NCBI GenBank assembly: GCA_965207445.1
Contig: CBDBLX010000002.1
Span: forward strand, 1,591,849 to 1,655,848
Reading direction: 5' to 3'
Origin: Nitrosopumilus sp.
GTDB taxonomy: Archaea > Thermoproteota > Nitrososphaeria > Nitrososphaerales > Nitrosopumilaceae
Length of the DNA: 64,000 nt
A program made the position numbers and the translations under genes. This document shows positions 31,800-42,699 of the stretch, in pieces (within the stretch, counting starts at the first letter, position 1; every line of letters starts with the position of its first letter). The notes under the pieces were generated by a model that was not told where the DNA came from, ran no database searches, and saw nothing but the letters and a program-made list of their open reading frames with translations.

Positions 31800-32276
31800 A
31801 TGACAAAGGACACACGTCGATTAGACTCTATAAAAGCAGCTCATAAATCAGAAAGATTGCGCTCAAGTTCTAGAATGGAGGATTACTTAGAGGTGATCGC
31901 CGAACTAGTAGAACTAAAGGGATATGCGACGACATTAGACATATCAAGGTACATGGATGTTAGCGCCCCGAGTGTCACGCAGATGTTAAAGAGACTCGAT
32001 GAGGCAAAATATTTAGAATATGAAAAGTACAGAGGAATAAATCTGACTGCAGGTGGTGCGCGTATTGCAGAAGGTATAAGACAGAAACACGACACGTTAA
32101 TAGAGTTCTTTGAGATGATAAACATAAAGTATGATACTGCAAGTCAAGATGCAGAAGGTATAGAACATCATCTCAACCCAGAAACAATCAAACAGTTACG
32201 AAAGTTTGTCACGTATCTAAAAGCAAACCCAAGTATAATAGAAGAATTTGACAAGACATCTCCAAAAACAAAATAA
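31800..32276 (+). CDS. DtxR/MntR-family metal-dependent repressor
   Basis: MEDYLEVI, VSAPSVTQMLKRL, DAEGIEHHL. Confidence 0.92.
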   Translation: MTKDTRRLDSIKAAHKSERLRSSSRMEDYLEVIAELVELKGYATTLDISRYMDVSAPSVTQMLKRLDEAKYLEYEKYRGINLTAGGARIAEGIRQKHDTLIEFFEMINIKYDTASQDAEGIEHHLNPETIKQLRKFVTYLKANPSIIEEFDKTSPKTK

Positions 32277-32343
32277 CAATCAATGTTATCAAATCAAATC
32301 AAGATGAATCAAAACAGAACAGAATCATAACAAAGAAAAAAAT

Positions 32344-32492
32344 ATGTGAATCAAACTCCATGACTAATATAATCATTTAAAAATAACTCCTAGTCAAATG
32401 CACTGCAAGCACAATACACAATACACAGCTAGAAATGTGAGCAAATACAAGCATATAATTTTATTATTACATCCAAAGAGATTGGTTTATAA
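32344..32492. mobile_element. Degenerate 148-bp MITE
   Basis: Similarity to 28058-28205. Confidence 0.65.
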
Positions 32493-32520
32493 ATAAATAA
32501 ATAAATAATAAATAAAAAAG

Positions 32521-34512
32521 CTAGTCATGCAGTAACTTTACAATTACATCACGTTCAGGTGATGGCATATCAAGGATTTCACGACCACCTGATGTGCGAG
32601 TTGATATTTTCACCAAGCCTTTTTTGTTTATCCATGCAGTTTCAATCTGTTTGTTACCAGAATCCAAAATCTCTACATTATGTGATGCATATTTTTTCCC
32701 CACATCTAAAACTACTAAATTGCGATTATGTGTAATTGTAAACGGCAGAGTAGTGTCATCTGCATGGTGTCGATGGTCATCATATTTGCTAGTATCATTA
32801 TGATTATAATTACTATCATCAGTATTGTCTAGCAACAACATATTATCATCTACACTAGTAGAACTATCAAAGGAAGAATTAGACTCTTGTAACTGTTCAC
32901 GTGTCTTTATATCAAGATGTACACCGAGCTGGTCTTGTAGTTGGTTGATACGCGTGCCATTTTTACCAATTAAGCGTGCGCGATACTTTTTTGAGATTAT
33001 AACAGTGGCTCTGTTATCAGACACAATATTAACATCCACACGACGATCGTATCGACTAATCACATCACGTATCTTTTCTGCTGCAAGGCGATACACCCCA
33101 CTTGTTTTGTTATCAGTAGGCATTGTATCAGATACGGGCATTATCACATTTTCCTCACCAAATGTGTACACCTCATATACAGGAATATTTTTTTGAAGGT
33201 CGCGTACTACAATAACAGGCCTTGCAAGATCAGACTCTGTCATTCCAAATGGTACCTTTACTGCCAAGTTTAAATCATATACAGCATCAATCTTACCACC
33301 TTTGACAAACATGACAGTATCAAGTATACTAGGAATCATGCCAAGTTCTATCTTGCCTATGAATCTCTGTATTGCATCAATTGGTGTACTAGCATGTACA
33401 ACACCCACCATACCAACGCCCGTCAGTCTCAAATCAGCGAATATCTCAAAATCCTCTTTTCGTCGTACCTCATCAAATATGGTGTAATCAGGGCGTACAA
33501 GCAACAAGAGATCAGCAGAGTTCTCAAAACTATCATCAAGCTTTCCATATTGGGTGATAGCAGATTCCACTTGCAAGTCTCTAGGAGACTCAAACGTCTT
33601 TACAACTTTGCCATTTTGATGATAAAAGTTTCCAAGTGATGATGCAAGTGTGCTTTTACCAGAGCCGGGCGGTCCAGATACTATCACACCCTCTGCACGA
33701 TCTTGCAGTCGCATCATCAACGAGTCAGGCAGATCGTATTCTGATAGGGTCATCTTTATTATTGGATGCACTATTGTTATCTCAAGTGACTCTGAGAATG
33801 GTGGACGGGTAATTGCTATTCGATAATCGTTGTGTTGAAGGACCATAGCGCCTTCCTTTGAGATCTCAACTGTGCTCTGCTCTGTTGCATCAACTGCATT
33901 GACAATCTGAGTTGTGATCGATTCTAAATATTGTCGCTCAAGTACATCAGGGGATATTTCAACTAGTTCTACATGTCCCGGTCGTCCACGCTTTGCAAGA
34001 GGGCGATGTTGTTCTTTAAGATGAACAGACATTGTATCAGCATCAAAGAATTTTAAAAAATCTAATTTAGTGTCATCTTGATTTGCAGTATTGTGGTGAG
34101 GGTGTTCATCATAAAGCAAAACTGCAAAGACTCCCCTAGATTCAGCAGTTATACGTTGTATTTTATCAGACGTGTATAGTGTAGCGTCGTGTTGTTGTGC
34201 AATATCAATCACAAGTGCATCAATTCTACCAGATTCTATAAATGACATGTCAGAAACAGACACATGTTGCCCGTCATTTGATAACTGTATCCCAAACTGC
34301 TCACATGTTTTGCGAAGATGCATCATCTCCTCAAGACCCAACATCTTTCTGCCTCTTCCAGATACTGCTTGTGCCTGCATCTCATCAAATACGACTAGAG
34401 GTATAATCAATTCAGATACACTAGATGCACGAATTGTGCCAGATTCAATCTGATATGCAAGTTGTCTATTTATTATTACACTTGTGTCAGCTACTATCTT
34501 TTTTTGGGTCAA
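32521..34512 (-). CDS. PIN-domain/P-loop ATPase/KH protein (PINA-like)
   Basis: VADTSVII PIN, GPPGSGKST, IFDEVR, LIGKNG KH motif. Confidence 0.9.
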   Translation of the reverse strand: MTQKKIVADTSVIINRQLAYQIESGTIRASSVSELIIPLVVFDEMQAQAVSGRGRKMLGLEEMMHLRKTCEQFGIQLSNDGQHVSVSDMSFIESGRIDALVIDIAQQHDATLYTSDKIQRITAESRGVFAVLLYDEHPHHNTANQDDTKLDFLKFFDADTMSVHLKEQHRPLAKRGRPGHVELVEISPDVLERQYLESITTQIVNAVDATEQSTVEISKEGAMVLQHNDYRIAITRPPFSESLEITIVHPIIKMTLSEYDLPDSLMMRLQDRAEGVIVSGPPGSGKSTLASSLGNFYHQNGKVVKTFESPRDLQVESAITQYGKLDDSFENSADLLLLVRPDYTIFDEVRRKEDFEIFADLRLTGVGMVGVVHASTPIDAIQRFIGKIELGMIPSILDTVMFVKGGKIDAVYDLNLAVKVPFGMTESDLARPVIVVRDLQKNIPVYEVYTFGEENVIMPVSDTMPTDNKTSGVYRLAAEKIRDVISRYDRRVDVNIVSDNRATVIISKKYRARLIGKNGTRINQLQDQLGVHLDIKTREQLQESNSSFDSSTSVDDNMLLLDNTDDSNYNHNDTSKYDDHRHHADDTTLPFTITHNRNLVVLDVGKKYASHNVEILDSGNKQIETAWINKKGLVKISTRTSGGREILDMPSPERDVIVKLLHD

Positions 34513-34562
34513 TTATTGAACCCCCAAATATTACAATAAAATGTTTTACATAGTTGTAATAT

Positions 34563-34643
34563 GTAACCATTCAACCCCCGTGCCTGCATTAGATGTTAGG
34601 TGGCGAGTCTGTGCCTAAATTTGGGAAGAGGTTGAACGGTTAC
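34563..34643. mobile_element. 81-bp MITE (GTAACCGTTCAA family)
   Basis: GTAACCATTCAACC ... GGTTGAACGGTTAC. Confidence 0.85.
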
Positions 34644-34758
34644 TATTTAAATTTATGATCAGTAATTCTGATAATAAAAAGATCATAAAGTGTGTTAATT
34701 GTCAAAGAAAAAAAGAATTTCGTAAAGGACCTAGATTGTCAATTATATACAAAAAATG

Positions 34759-35004
34759 GTGTAAACCAAGCTCTATGATTGGCATAATCATTTAAAATAA
34801 CTTCCAACTAAATGCATCACATGCACGATACCTGATATGTAAACATAAATGTGACCAAATACAGGTATGAAATTTCATTATTGCGTTCAAAGAGCTTGGT
34901 TTACACGTCAAATGTACTGCATACACAATATTCAATATGCAGATAGAAATATAATCAAATATAATATGTAATTTTATTATTCATCTATAAAGCTTGATTC
35001 ACAC
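34759..35004. mobile_element. 148-bp MITE (34759-34906) plus adjacent partial copy
   Basis: Near-identical to the reverse complement of 60854-61001. Confidence 0.85.
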
Positions 35005-35841
35005 TAAAAATTTATAGATGCATTCATTAGTATTCACAACCAATCTATAGACAAAATAGACAGCGCAGTATAAATAAAAAATTTGTCATAGACACATATG
35101 AGGAAAAGACAGCCAACTCACAATATGCAATTTTACAAAAACTGTGCGGCGTATTTTAAAGCACTCAACACAAATGGCAAAACTGATTTTGCCTTTGAAG
35201 ATGAGTATTACTTTACAATGCCTGCACTATCAAACAATGCATAAAATTTGTAAATGAAAGATCAAATGTATATGATTAATTTTTTTAAATTGTTAAACTG
35301 TACAATAAAATATTACTATTAGCAATACAATTTATTTGAGAACACGATTCAGTGTAACTATCCAATGCCCTCACGTTTACCTCAAACTGTAGGCACAAGT
35401 CAGATACAGTCAACGAACACTAGTTTACCATGATGACATCGTGAATTTTTTCCATCATACCTTTACCCTGCGCGTCCCATGTCATCATACAGGTCATGAG
35501 GGACTTGCCACATACAACGTGCAGAACCCATAAATTTTGGGATTCGAACGTTCCATATTTGTAGTATTTAATACATGGATAATATAAATATTGCACTTGG
35601 AACTAGTAGAGCCAGTCACGGTTAGGCAATATGTGTGTGCGATGACGCTAACATCTGCTTGTATCAGAGTTTACCACTTTTTATGATACATGATATTCTG
35701 TAGTGACACATAGTAAAAGCATTCAGATCCGCACAAAAACCATATAAAAGATATCAATAATATGCTTGCGTAAAAAAAGGTCGGCATGTGCTAAATCTTA
35801 TTGTTGTATTCAGTTACATATCCTTGTCAAGACAGGTCTAG

Positions 35842-36030
35842 TCATTTATTTGTTAAAGTAAAGATATCATCATGATATAGTTCTAATCGAGTCATTGAAT
35901 CCTGTGTCAATGTTTTAGTATGTGCAATTGTATTTCATATGGCTTTTAATTCGTTTAATTTGAATTCAATTTTAGATTGATCACTAAAAATTAGTGTAAA
36001 AGGTAAATTTTTCATAATTTATCTTTTATA
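35842..36030 (-). pseudogene. Swt1-like HEPN RNase remnant
   Basis: FSDQSKIEFKLNELKAI*NTIAHTKTLTQDSMTRLELYHDDI; the R of RxxxxH is replaced by TGA (35935-35937). Confidence 0.55.
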
Positions 36031-36220
36031 CTCAAAAAGAGTTTTACGAGTTTGATTCATCACTGAACAATTAACAGTAAAAAGATTGATACAAAATATC
36101 AAACAACTGAATTGGTGCTATTTGTAATTCCCCAGCAACTATGTTGCAGTAACCTACCCTTGCAAAATAAACACATGTTAACAAAATAAGATATCATGCA
36201 AGTATGTACGACATACACTA

Positions 36221-36343
36221 TTATGACCACCTATATACCTCACGTAAAGCGGTCTCTCTTGAATAGCCGAATTCTTTCATAAGTCGCTTTGCGGCTGCTT
36301 CAACACCTTCTGAGTGTTTTTTTTCAGATAGCATACATATCAT
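36221..36343 (-). CDS. 40-aa helical microprotein (not in ORF track)
   Basis: MICMLSEKKHSEGVEAAAKRLMKEFGYSRETALREVYRWS*, 5 nt downstream of the ART-like gene. Confidence 0.4.
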   Translation of the reverse strand: MICMLSEKKHSEGVEAAAKRLMKEFGYSRETALREVYRWS

Positions 36344-36348
36344 TGTAT

Positions 36349-37251
36349 TTAGCAATAATTAATCTTTATCTTTTGTTTTTGTATCGATTCCAATGTATTT
36401 ATTGCCGTATCTAACATTTTATGAAATTTGGAATTGAATTCTTTTGGTACATCTATGCTTATTATTATTGGTCTTGATCCATTTCGAAGGTGTATCTCAC
36501 GTTGATTTATGTGTACTCCTGAATGACATCCACCAAACATCTCATATGGATTGAACACGCGTATTCATCTACACGTGACGCGAATGTCTCGTCTTACCTC
36601 GTATGTGACCGGAGCATAATCTGATCGTTTCATTTGTGATACATCCATTTTTACTACCAATCCACTCTCCTTCTTTTCAGCTATAATTAATGTGGCAATA
36701 TTGGCATCAGTTGTGCATGACACAAAGTCATTAATAGCTGCATATTTGGTTCTATGATGAAACCCAACTGCCCCATTCATTCTTGCTATGGTACACAGTT
36801 CTGATATTTTCATGCCACGGTACAAGATTTTTGTATACAAAAAATATTCCCATATACTTTGATTGATATAGTCTATTCTATTTTTCAACACATATAATAA
36901 TTTATTTCCTTCTTTGACTCTTGCAAGAGCTTTCTCATATTTGTCAAGTTCTGAAAGCTTGATCATGGCATCATCTGTACCAAGTGTTATGTTAGATGAT
37001 GAATAATCTATCTTGAGATTTGTAGCTACTTTTGGCACATTAAATTTTTGAAATTCAGCATCGAGTACGCGAGATCTTTTACTTTTATTCACGCGATCAA
37101 AAGTGTCATAAAAATTACGGTGTGTTTGTTTAACTAATACGTCTAGATCTGTTTGTTGTAATTTAGGAGTTTTGTGTTGCCGAGTATGATGTATGATGTC
37201 TGTTGGGGTCTTGTCAGATGTTTGCCATCTTGTACTTTTCTTTTGATTCAA
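36349..37251 (-). pseudogene. Putative R-S-E ADP-ribosyltransferase split by an in-frame TGA
   Basis: ILYRGM, FVSCTT, NQREIHL in register across the stop at 36565-36567. Confidence 0.5.
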
Positions 37252-37661
37252 AAGTAATACATTCCTTCAATGGCATCTCCAAGCTTACATATTTCTTTAT
37301 CCTCGCTTTTTAGTGCCTCATCATGCTCGTCTCTGTCCAAATAATTAAGTATATTTTTCTGCAGTATACCAGTAAGATCTTCGGGGTTTAGAGCGTCTAA
37401 TTCCCATGAATTGTTGCCGTATTTGTCATAATATTTGCTAGAGTGCGGGTCGGTCTTTTTTATGAAGTTTGGAGGAAGATCATACTCGTCAATCTGATCC
37501 ATGTTTAATGCTATACGCTCTACGCTTACAAAACAACCAAATTTCTTTAATCTGTCACGTATATCTAGAACCATATCCATGCCACTTGGGTCATGATCGC
37601 CCATGTACAGTATGTGACATTGTTTGTCTTGTTGTTGATGTTTGTGCATTCTTTGAGCCAC
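37248..37661 (-). pseudogene. Toprim (TopoVI-A/JetD-like) domain protein, probably 5'-truncated
   Basis: ILYMGDHDPSGMDM, RIALN, WELDAL. Confidence 0.7.
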
Positions 37662-38175
37662 ATCATGCAGGTGGTTCTTGACACGGATTCCAGATCACAT
37701 ATGCCAAGCACGTCTCAAATGGATGCCAGGCTCAGTGTAGTGAAGAACATGAATATGATTGCAGACATGAGGTTCGGCCCTAACATAGAGTACTCGTGTG
37801 AGTCCTCGAGTGAGAAGGGTGTCTGTCTGGTGTCCGTTTGCAAACTTGCCCTGCCTCGGATTCCCCCATTCAACCCCAAGAGTGTACGAACTGATTAGAG
37901 TCCATGTCCCATGAACGGTAAGGACGGTTCGCTCCATCACCCTAGCTACGCAGAGGGGTGGGGGGTGGGGGGAGGAGTTATCATGTATGCAACCAATTCC
38001 TCAAATGAACCCATAAGACAGGCGGCAAAAGTTGGGGATGGGGGGAGGAGTTATCATGTATGCAACCCCTTCTCAAATTTAGGTACAAATTAACCGCCTA
38101 ACATCTGGCGCAGGACGTGGGAATGGGTTGTGAGGATAAAGGGAGAAAACTGTTACTAACATATTTGTGGTATTT

Positions 38176-38799
38176 TCAAATATTTGCGCACAACTTGAAA
38201 TTCCAAAGCTTGTCAGTTGCATCCCGAATACCAACTCGAGGTGACTTTATGATATTCTTGTTACGTTTACCACGTATGTTTTCATAGTCAACATTATTTG
38301 TAATGTATAGATTTCCCTTTAGAGTTAAATCCACACCATATTGCTTTGATGATATGCCCAAAGCTTGTGTGAGTTTTGCAGGTCCATTAGTAAGTATCTT
38401 TGTATTCACTGTGCCCCTATTTTTCATTATTGTCTGTATACCTTTTTGCGGTATGATTCCTCTTATCAATACAGCACCTGCACCCATTACGCTAGGATCT
38501 CTTGCAGTCACATTAAAACAATAATGCATCCCATACGTAAAATAGACATACGACATGCCTACTTTCTCAAACATTATATAATTTCTTTGTGTCTTGTTTT
38601 TGTATGCATGGCTTGCAGGATCATTTGTATGCCCATAAGCTTCGGTTTCTGATATTATTCCAGTTATTATCTTGTGATTATTGATTTTTCTGACAAGTAT
38701 TGTACCTAGTAACTCTTGGGCTACTGTGACAGTATCCCTCGAGTAAAACTCTCTTTTCAACGGTAAGTTAGTATCATACATGATGTTCGGGCTCATCAT
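38176..38799 (-). CDS. mpg: 3-methyladenine DNA glycosylase (AAG/MPG)
   Basis: ETEAY, YVYFTYGMHYCFN, GAVLIRG, NGPAKL, PRVGI. Confidence 0.92.
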   Translation of the reverse strand: MMSPNIMYDTNLPLKREFYSRDTVTVAQELLGTILVRKINNHKIITGIISETEAYGHTNDPASHAYKNKTQRNYIMFEKVGMSYVYFTYGMHYCFNVTARDPSVMGAGAVLIRGIIPQKGIQTIMKNRGTVNTKILTNGPAKLTQALGISSKQYGVDLTLKGNLYITNNVDYENIRGKRNKNIIKSPRVGIRDATDKLWNFKLCANI

Positions 38800-39457
38800 A
38801 TCTGATATCGATCTTTACACCATTATCATTACCATTATCATTACCACCATCATTATTATTACCATTATCATTATCACCATCACTGGCATTTTTGTTTACA
38901 AGTTTACGTGTTATTGATACAAGTTCTTTTATATCACCATATAAGGTGTCAACTAATTTTTGATTGTATATAGTAGCTGCCGGATGTATCGTGATGTAAT
39001 ATAACCTGCCACCCATCTCTGCGACTTTGCCCCGGTGTTTTGTGATTTCTGTTCCACCAAGTATGGAACCGAATGCAGTATTTCCCAGTATGCATATTAT
39101 CTTGGGATTGATAATTCGAATCTCCTCACGTAGATACTCTAGGCACATTTGACGTTCTTGAGTACTCGGTACACGGTTATCAGGGGGTCGACACTTTACA
39201 ACATTTGTAATGTATACAGAGCTACGATCAAGCCCTGCATTGTGTAATGCAGCAGTTAACTTTGTACCTGCCGCACCTACAAAGGGCTCGCCCCGTGCAT
39301 CCTCACTGCGACCCGGCGCCTCGCCTATAAACATGATATTGGCATTTTTGGCACCCTTGCCAGGAACTGCGTTTGTTCTCGTCTGATGCAGGTTGCATTT
39401 TTGGCAAGATATGACATTGTTTTTGATCTCATCAAGATGTGACATATCATTTGTCAT
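38774..39457 (-). CDS. udg: Uracil-DNA glycosylase family 4
   Basis: CQKC, IGEAPG, NVVKCRPP, HPAA. Confidence 0.92.
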   Translation of the reverse strand: MTNDMSHLDEIKNNVISCQKCNLHQTRTNAVPGKGAKNANIMFIGEAPGRSEDARGEPFVGAAGTKLTAALHNAGLDRSSVYITNVVKCRPPDNRVPSTQERQMCLEYLREEIRIINPKIICILGNTAFGSILGGTEITKHRGKVAEMGGRLYYITIHPAATIYNQKLVDTLYGDIKELVSITRKLVNKNASDGDNDNGNNNDGGNDNGNDNGVKIDIRYDEPEHHV

Positions 39458-39691
39458 ATTATCGTGTTATATATGCAATATACAGTGCTTGTAGTTGAGT
39501 CAAGATATCAATTTTAGAGTAAAAGATGACTTTTCATAATTTATTGTTAGAGGTTAAATAATTATTAACACAAGTACGAAATTTCAATTACAATAATTTT
39601 ACTAGTACAGATAAATTATGTTGTTTATTACAAGTACATATGTTAAAAATCAAATGAATATTGAATAATTATCCAAGCATGTATACAAGTA

Positions 39692-39885
39692 ATAACCGTT
39701 CAACTCTCCCCCCCCCCCCCCCCCCACCCCAACCCCATACATACACATCCTAGCTAGACACAAGCAGTAGCCAGCGATGAATTAATGTCTGATAATGCAC
39801 ATCATTGTCGTTGCAAGATACGTATGGTTTAATTGACGTGTCACTTTTCGGCCCAATTTATGGAGATGAATAGTTGAACGGTTAC
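39692..39885. mobile_element. ~194-bp MITE variant with (G)TAACCGTTCAAC TIRs and internal poly-C
   Basis: TAACCGTTCAACT ... AGTTGAACGGTTAC. Confidence 0.65.
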
Positions 39886-39942
39886 ACGCACACAAGTATT
39901 GCAAAAGTGTTATATCGGGGCAAATATTAATAGAACACATAA

Positions 39943-40776
39943 TTATTTTTTATCATTATTCTTATCAACATTATTGTTCTTATCACCATCATGATCGTCG
40001 TTATTGTTATTATTGTTGTTGTTGTTTTTAGCGTTGTTATTTTTAGAATTGTTTTGATTCTCATCATCAGCAATGTTATCAACATCAGAAGGTTTGTCCT
40101 CTTTGCCATCAATATCTTTTACAGTGTCAAAATCGACATTATCAGTAATAGAAACATCAGAATCAAGCGTCCATGGTGCAAACCTTCCAAGAATTCGTCT
40201 CCAATCAAGTCTCAACATTAACACAACAACAGCAGTCATAGAGGCACCAAATATTGCAATTCCAACATAAATTGGCGTCGGACTATCAATATCCTCAATA
40301 TATGGCTCTATAAGAGACAACCCCAAATAATGAGATACAAAGACAATTACATAACTCAAAACTAGTTTGCCAGCAAGTGTTGCTATCAAAAAGCGCTTTG
40401 GGTTGTATTTGGCAAGTCCCAATGGTATGTATACCAAATCATCAGGAATCGGCGTTGCGGCTGCAAAAAATGCAGCAGCGGCACCATATTTTTTGACCAA
40501 TCGCTCAAACGGCCTCATACGGTCTCGAGTATCCTGTTTAATTATACGTCGTCCTTCATAGCTTATAAAGAAAATGATCTGTTTTGCAACAGTAGCAGCA
40601 ATTGCAGAGGATAGTGCCAATATGTGTAAATCAAACTTGTCGCCTACTGACATTGTAGCAAGCAGTAAAAATCCAGGCAACGGTACAAATGGAACAAGTG
40701 AGCCGATAAAATTAACCAATATGAGACTCAAATATCCAACTTCAGGCGCAAATGGGAAAATGTCAACAAAATCCAC
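39943..40776 (-). CDS. VTT/DedA (SNARE-associated) membrane protein with Asn/Asp-rich tail
   Basis: AATPIPDDLVYIPLGL...GKLV. Confidence 0.85.
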   Translation of the reverse strand: MDFVDIFPFAPEVGYLSLILVNFIGSLVPFVPLPGFLLLATMSVGDKFDLHILALSSAIAATVAKQIIFFISYEGRRIIKQDTRDRMRPFERLVKKYGAAAAFFAAATPIPDDLVYIPLGLAKYNPKRFLIATLAGKLVLSYVIVFVSHYLGLSLIEPYIEDIDSPTPIYVGIAIFGASMTAVVVLMLRLDWRRILGRFAPWTLDSDVSITDNVDFDTVKDIDGKEDKPSDVDNIADDENQNNSKNNNAKNNNNNNNNNDDHDGDKNNNVDKNNDKK

Positions 40777-40903
40777 AAATTTGGTTTAATCGTGTGATAT
40801 TTATCAATTAAATTTGTGTTAATTTGTGACAATGTTTAATCTTACCATCTAGTCAAATACAGAACTGTAATAGCATAAATACGGCAATATCCTAACAAAG
40901 GCA

Positions 40904-41278
40904 ATGGCAAAGAGTGAGTTTGAGCAAATATGCACACAGATAAGATCTATTAGTCCATATATACGATTTGTTGGAGTAATAGATGAGCATGGAAAACTAC
41001 TTGCTTATAAAAGAAGAGAAGGTTTAGAACCACTATTAGATAAAAAAGATACCAAATACCAGTTTTCACATATTGCAATAAAGACAGACTTGGAAAGTTT
41101 CTTTGATCAGAATTTAGGTGAGATAGAATTTGTATGGGAAGAGAGAGAAAAAGTCCAGATTATATCATTTGCAATAAAAAAAGACCGTATATGGGTATCA
41201 ATAAATAAAAATGTCGTACGATCAGAGATGCTCAGGATAATCGATGCATGCTTGCCAATTGCAAAAAAATTCACCTAG
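40904..41278 (+). CDS. Roadblock/longin-like hypothetical protein
   Basis: IRFVGVIDEHGKLLAYKRREGLEPLL. Confidence 0.65.
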   Translation: MAKSEFEQICTQIRSISPYIRFVGVIDEHGKLLAYKRREGLEPLLDKKDTKYQFSHIAIKTDLESFFDQNLGEIEFVWEEREKVQIISFAIKKDRIWVSINKNVVRSEMLRIIDACLPIAKKFT

Positions 41279-41522
41279 CAAAATTAACCTCATCAAACAC
41301 AAGAATAACACACACACCCATCTCAAACAAAATACTCAGTACATAGTTGAGAAACACAGTCTAGTTGACAAATATGTGTTTTAAATAATTTTAATAGACC
41401 TAAATAAATAATTATTAATATATATAACATAGATATCAATTTAAGATGTGTTAGTTCATAAATTAATAATCAGATATATTATAACATAATAAAACACAAC
41501 TCACTAAATATCACAAAGCATC

Positions 41523-42638
41523 TTAGACATCAGTGTCCTCCTCAAGCCAGCACATTACATATCCAGTTTTAGTTTTAAATCGTGGCGGCGGTACGTTGCA
41601 CTTTTCCATTGCATGCGGACACCTGTCAATAAACCTGCATTTGAGAGGAGTATCGTCTAAAACTGGAGGTACACCGCGCACATAACCTGGCATTGTATCA
41701 CCTCGCAAAGTAGGAATTGATTGTAATAGTCCTTGTGTATATGGATGTTTAGGGTTCGTGTATACTTCTTGTGAACTACCAAATTCCACTAGTTGACCAC
41801 CATACATTATTCCCACAACATCTGCTATCTCAGACAAGACTGCCAAATCATGAGTTATCAGGATAAATGACATATTTCGCTCTTCTTTGAGTATTTTTAT
41901 TAGTGAAATTATCTGTGCTTGTACCAACACGTCAAGTGCTGTGGTGGGCTCATCTGCAATAACAAGTTGAGGTCGCAGTAACAATCCCATTGCAATTATG
42001 ATACGCTGCTTCATTCCACCACTCAGTTCATGCGGATATTTGTCCAATACAGACACATCAAGGCTCACGTCACGTATAGCATTCTCAATCACATCGTCTT
42101 GATTACCGGTGTATCCGTGCTTCGACAGTATTTCTGAGAACTGCTGACGCATAGTAAATACAGGGTCAAGTGAGTTCATTGCACCTTGAAATATCATAGA
42201 AATTGTTTTCCATCTAAACTCAGAATTAAATTTTGAAGAAGACATATCAAGTATTGATTCACGGTTAATGGTAATCTTACCAGATACGTGTGCATTTGCA
42301 ATAGTAGTAGAAGAATCATCGCCATGTGTTCTAGAGCCACTACTAAACATTCTCATAATGGCAAGCCCCAATGTACTTTTGCCACACGCACTCTCACCTG
42401 CAATACCCATTGACATGCCGCGCTCGATCTCAAAACTTACATCATACACTGCATGTGTTTGATTTTTTCTACCAGTGTTGTTCTGATACGTGACATGTAA
42501 ACCAGATACATTCACAAATGGGTCGTTGTTGTGACTGTCACTGTAATAATTGTCACTATTGTTATGGTTATTACTATCATTATTATGATCATTATCATTA
42601 TCAAAAAAGCCAGTCAATACACTAGAAATAATTATCAA
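41523..42638 (-). CDS. Peptide ABC transporter ATP-binding protein (DppD/OppD-like)
   Basis: GESACGKS, LSGGMKQR, ADEPTTALD, HPYT, C-terminal Cys cluster; N/D/H-rich N-terminus. Confidence 0.9.
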   Translation of the reverse strand: MIIISSVLTGFFDNDNDHNNDSNNHNNSDNYYSDSHNNDPFVNVSGLHVTYQNNTGRKNQTHAVYDVSFEIERGMSMGIAGESACGKSTLGLAIMRMFSSGSRTHGDDSSTTIANAHVSGKITINRESILDMSSSKFNSEFRWKTISMIFQGAMNSLDPVFTMRQQFSEILSKHGYTGNQDDVIENAIRDVSLDVSVLDKYPHELSGGMKQRIIIAMGLLLRPQLVIADEPTTALDVLVQAQIISLIKILKEERNMSFILITHDLAVLSEIADVVGIMYGGQLVEFGSSQEVYTNPKHPYTQGLLQSIPTLRGDTMPGYVRGVPPVLDDTPLKCRFIDRCPHAMEKCNVPPPRFKTKTGYVMCWLEEDTDV

Positions 42639-42699
42639 GGGATATAAACAACACTAAAGTGCGCTTGTCATTGAATAACATATGTGACACAAAGAGAGG

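Noticed and set aside
25297..36567. TGA recoding suggested by several in-frame TGAs (REase, ART-like, HEPN)
   Set aside because: Core genes (gatC, second aspS, purP) end in TGA; TGG>TGA and CGA>TGA are ordinary transitions in decaying genes.
37695..37940. IS200 TnpA-like HIH motif
   Set aside because: Too short, with no supporting Tyr motif or terminal hairpins; only an unassignable GC-richer remnant.
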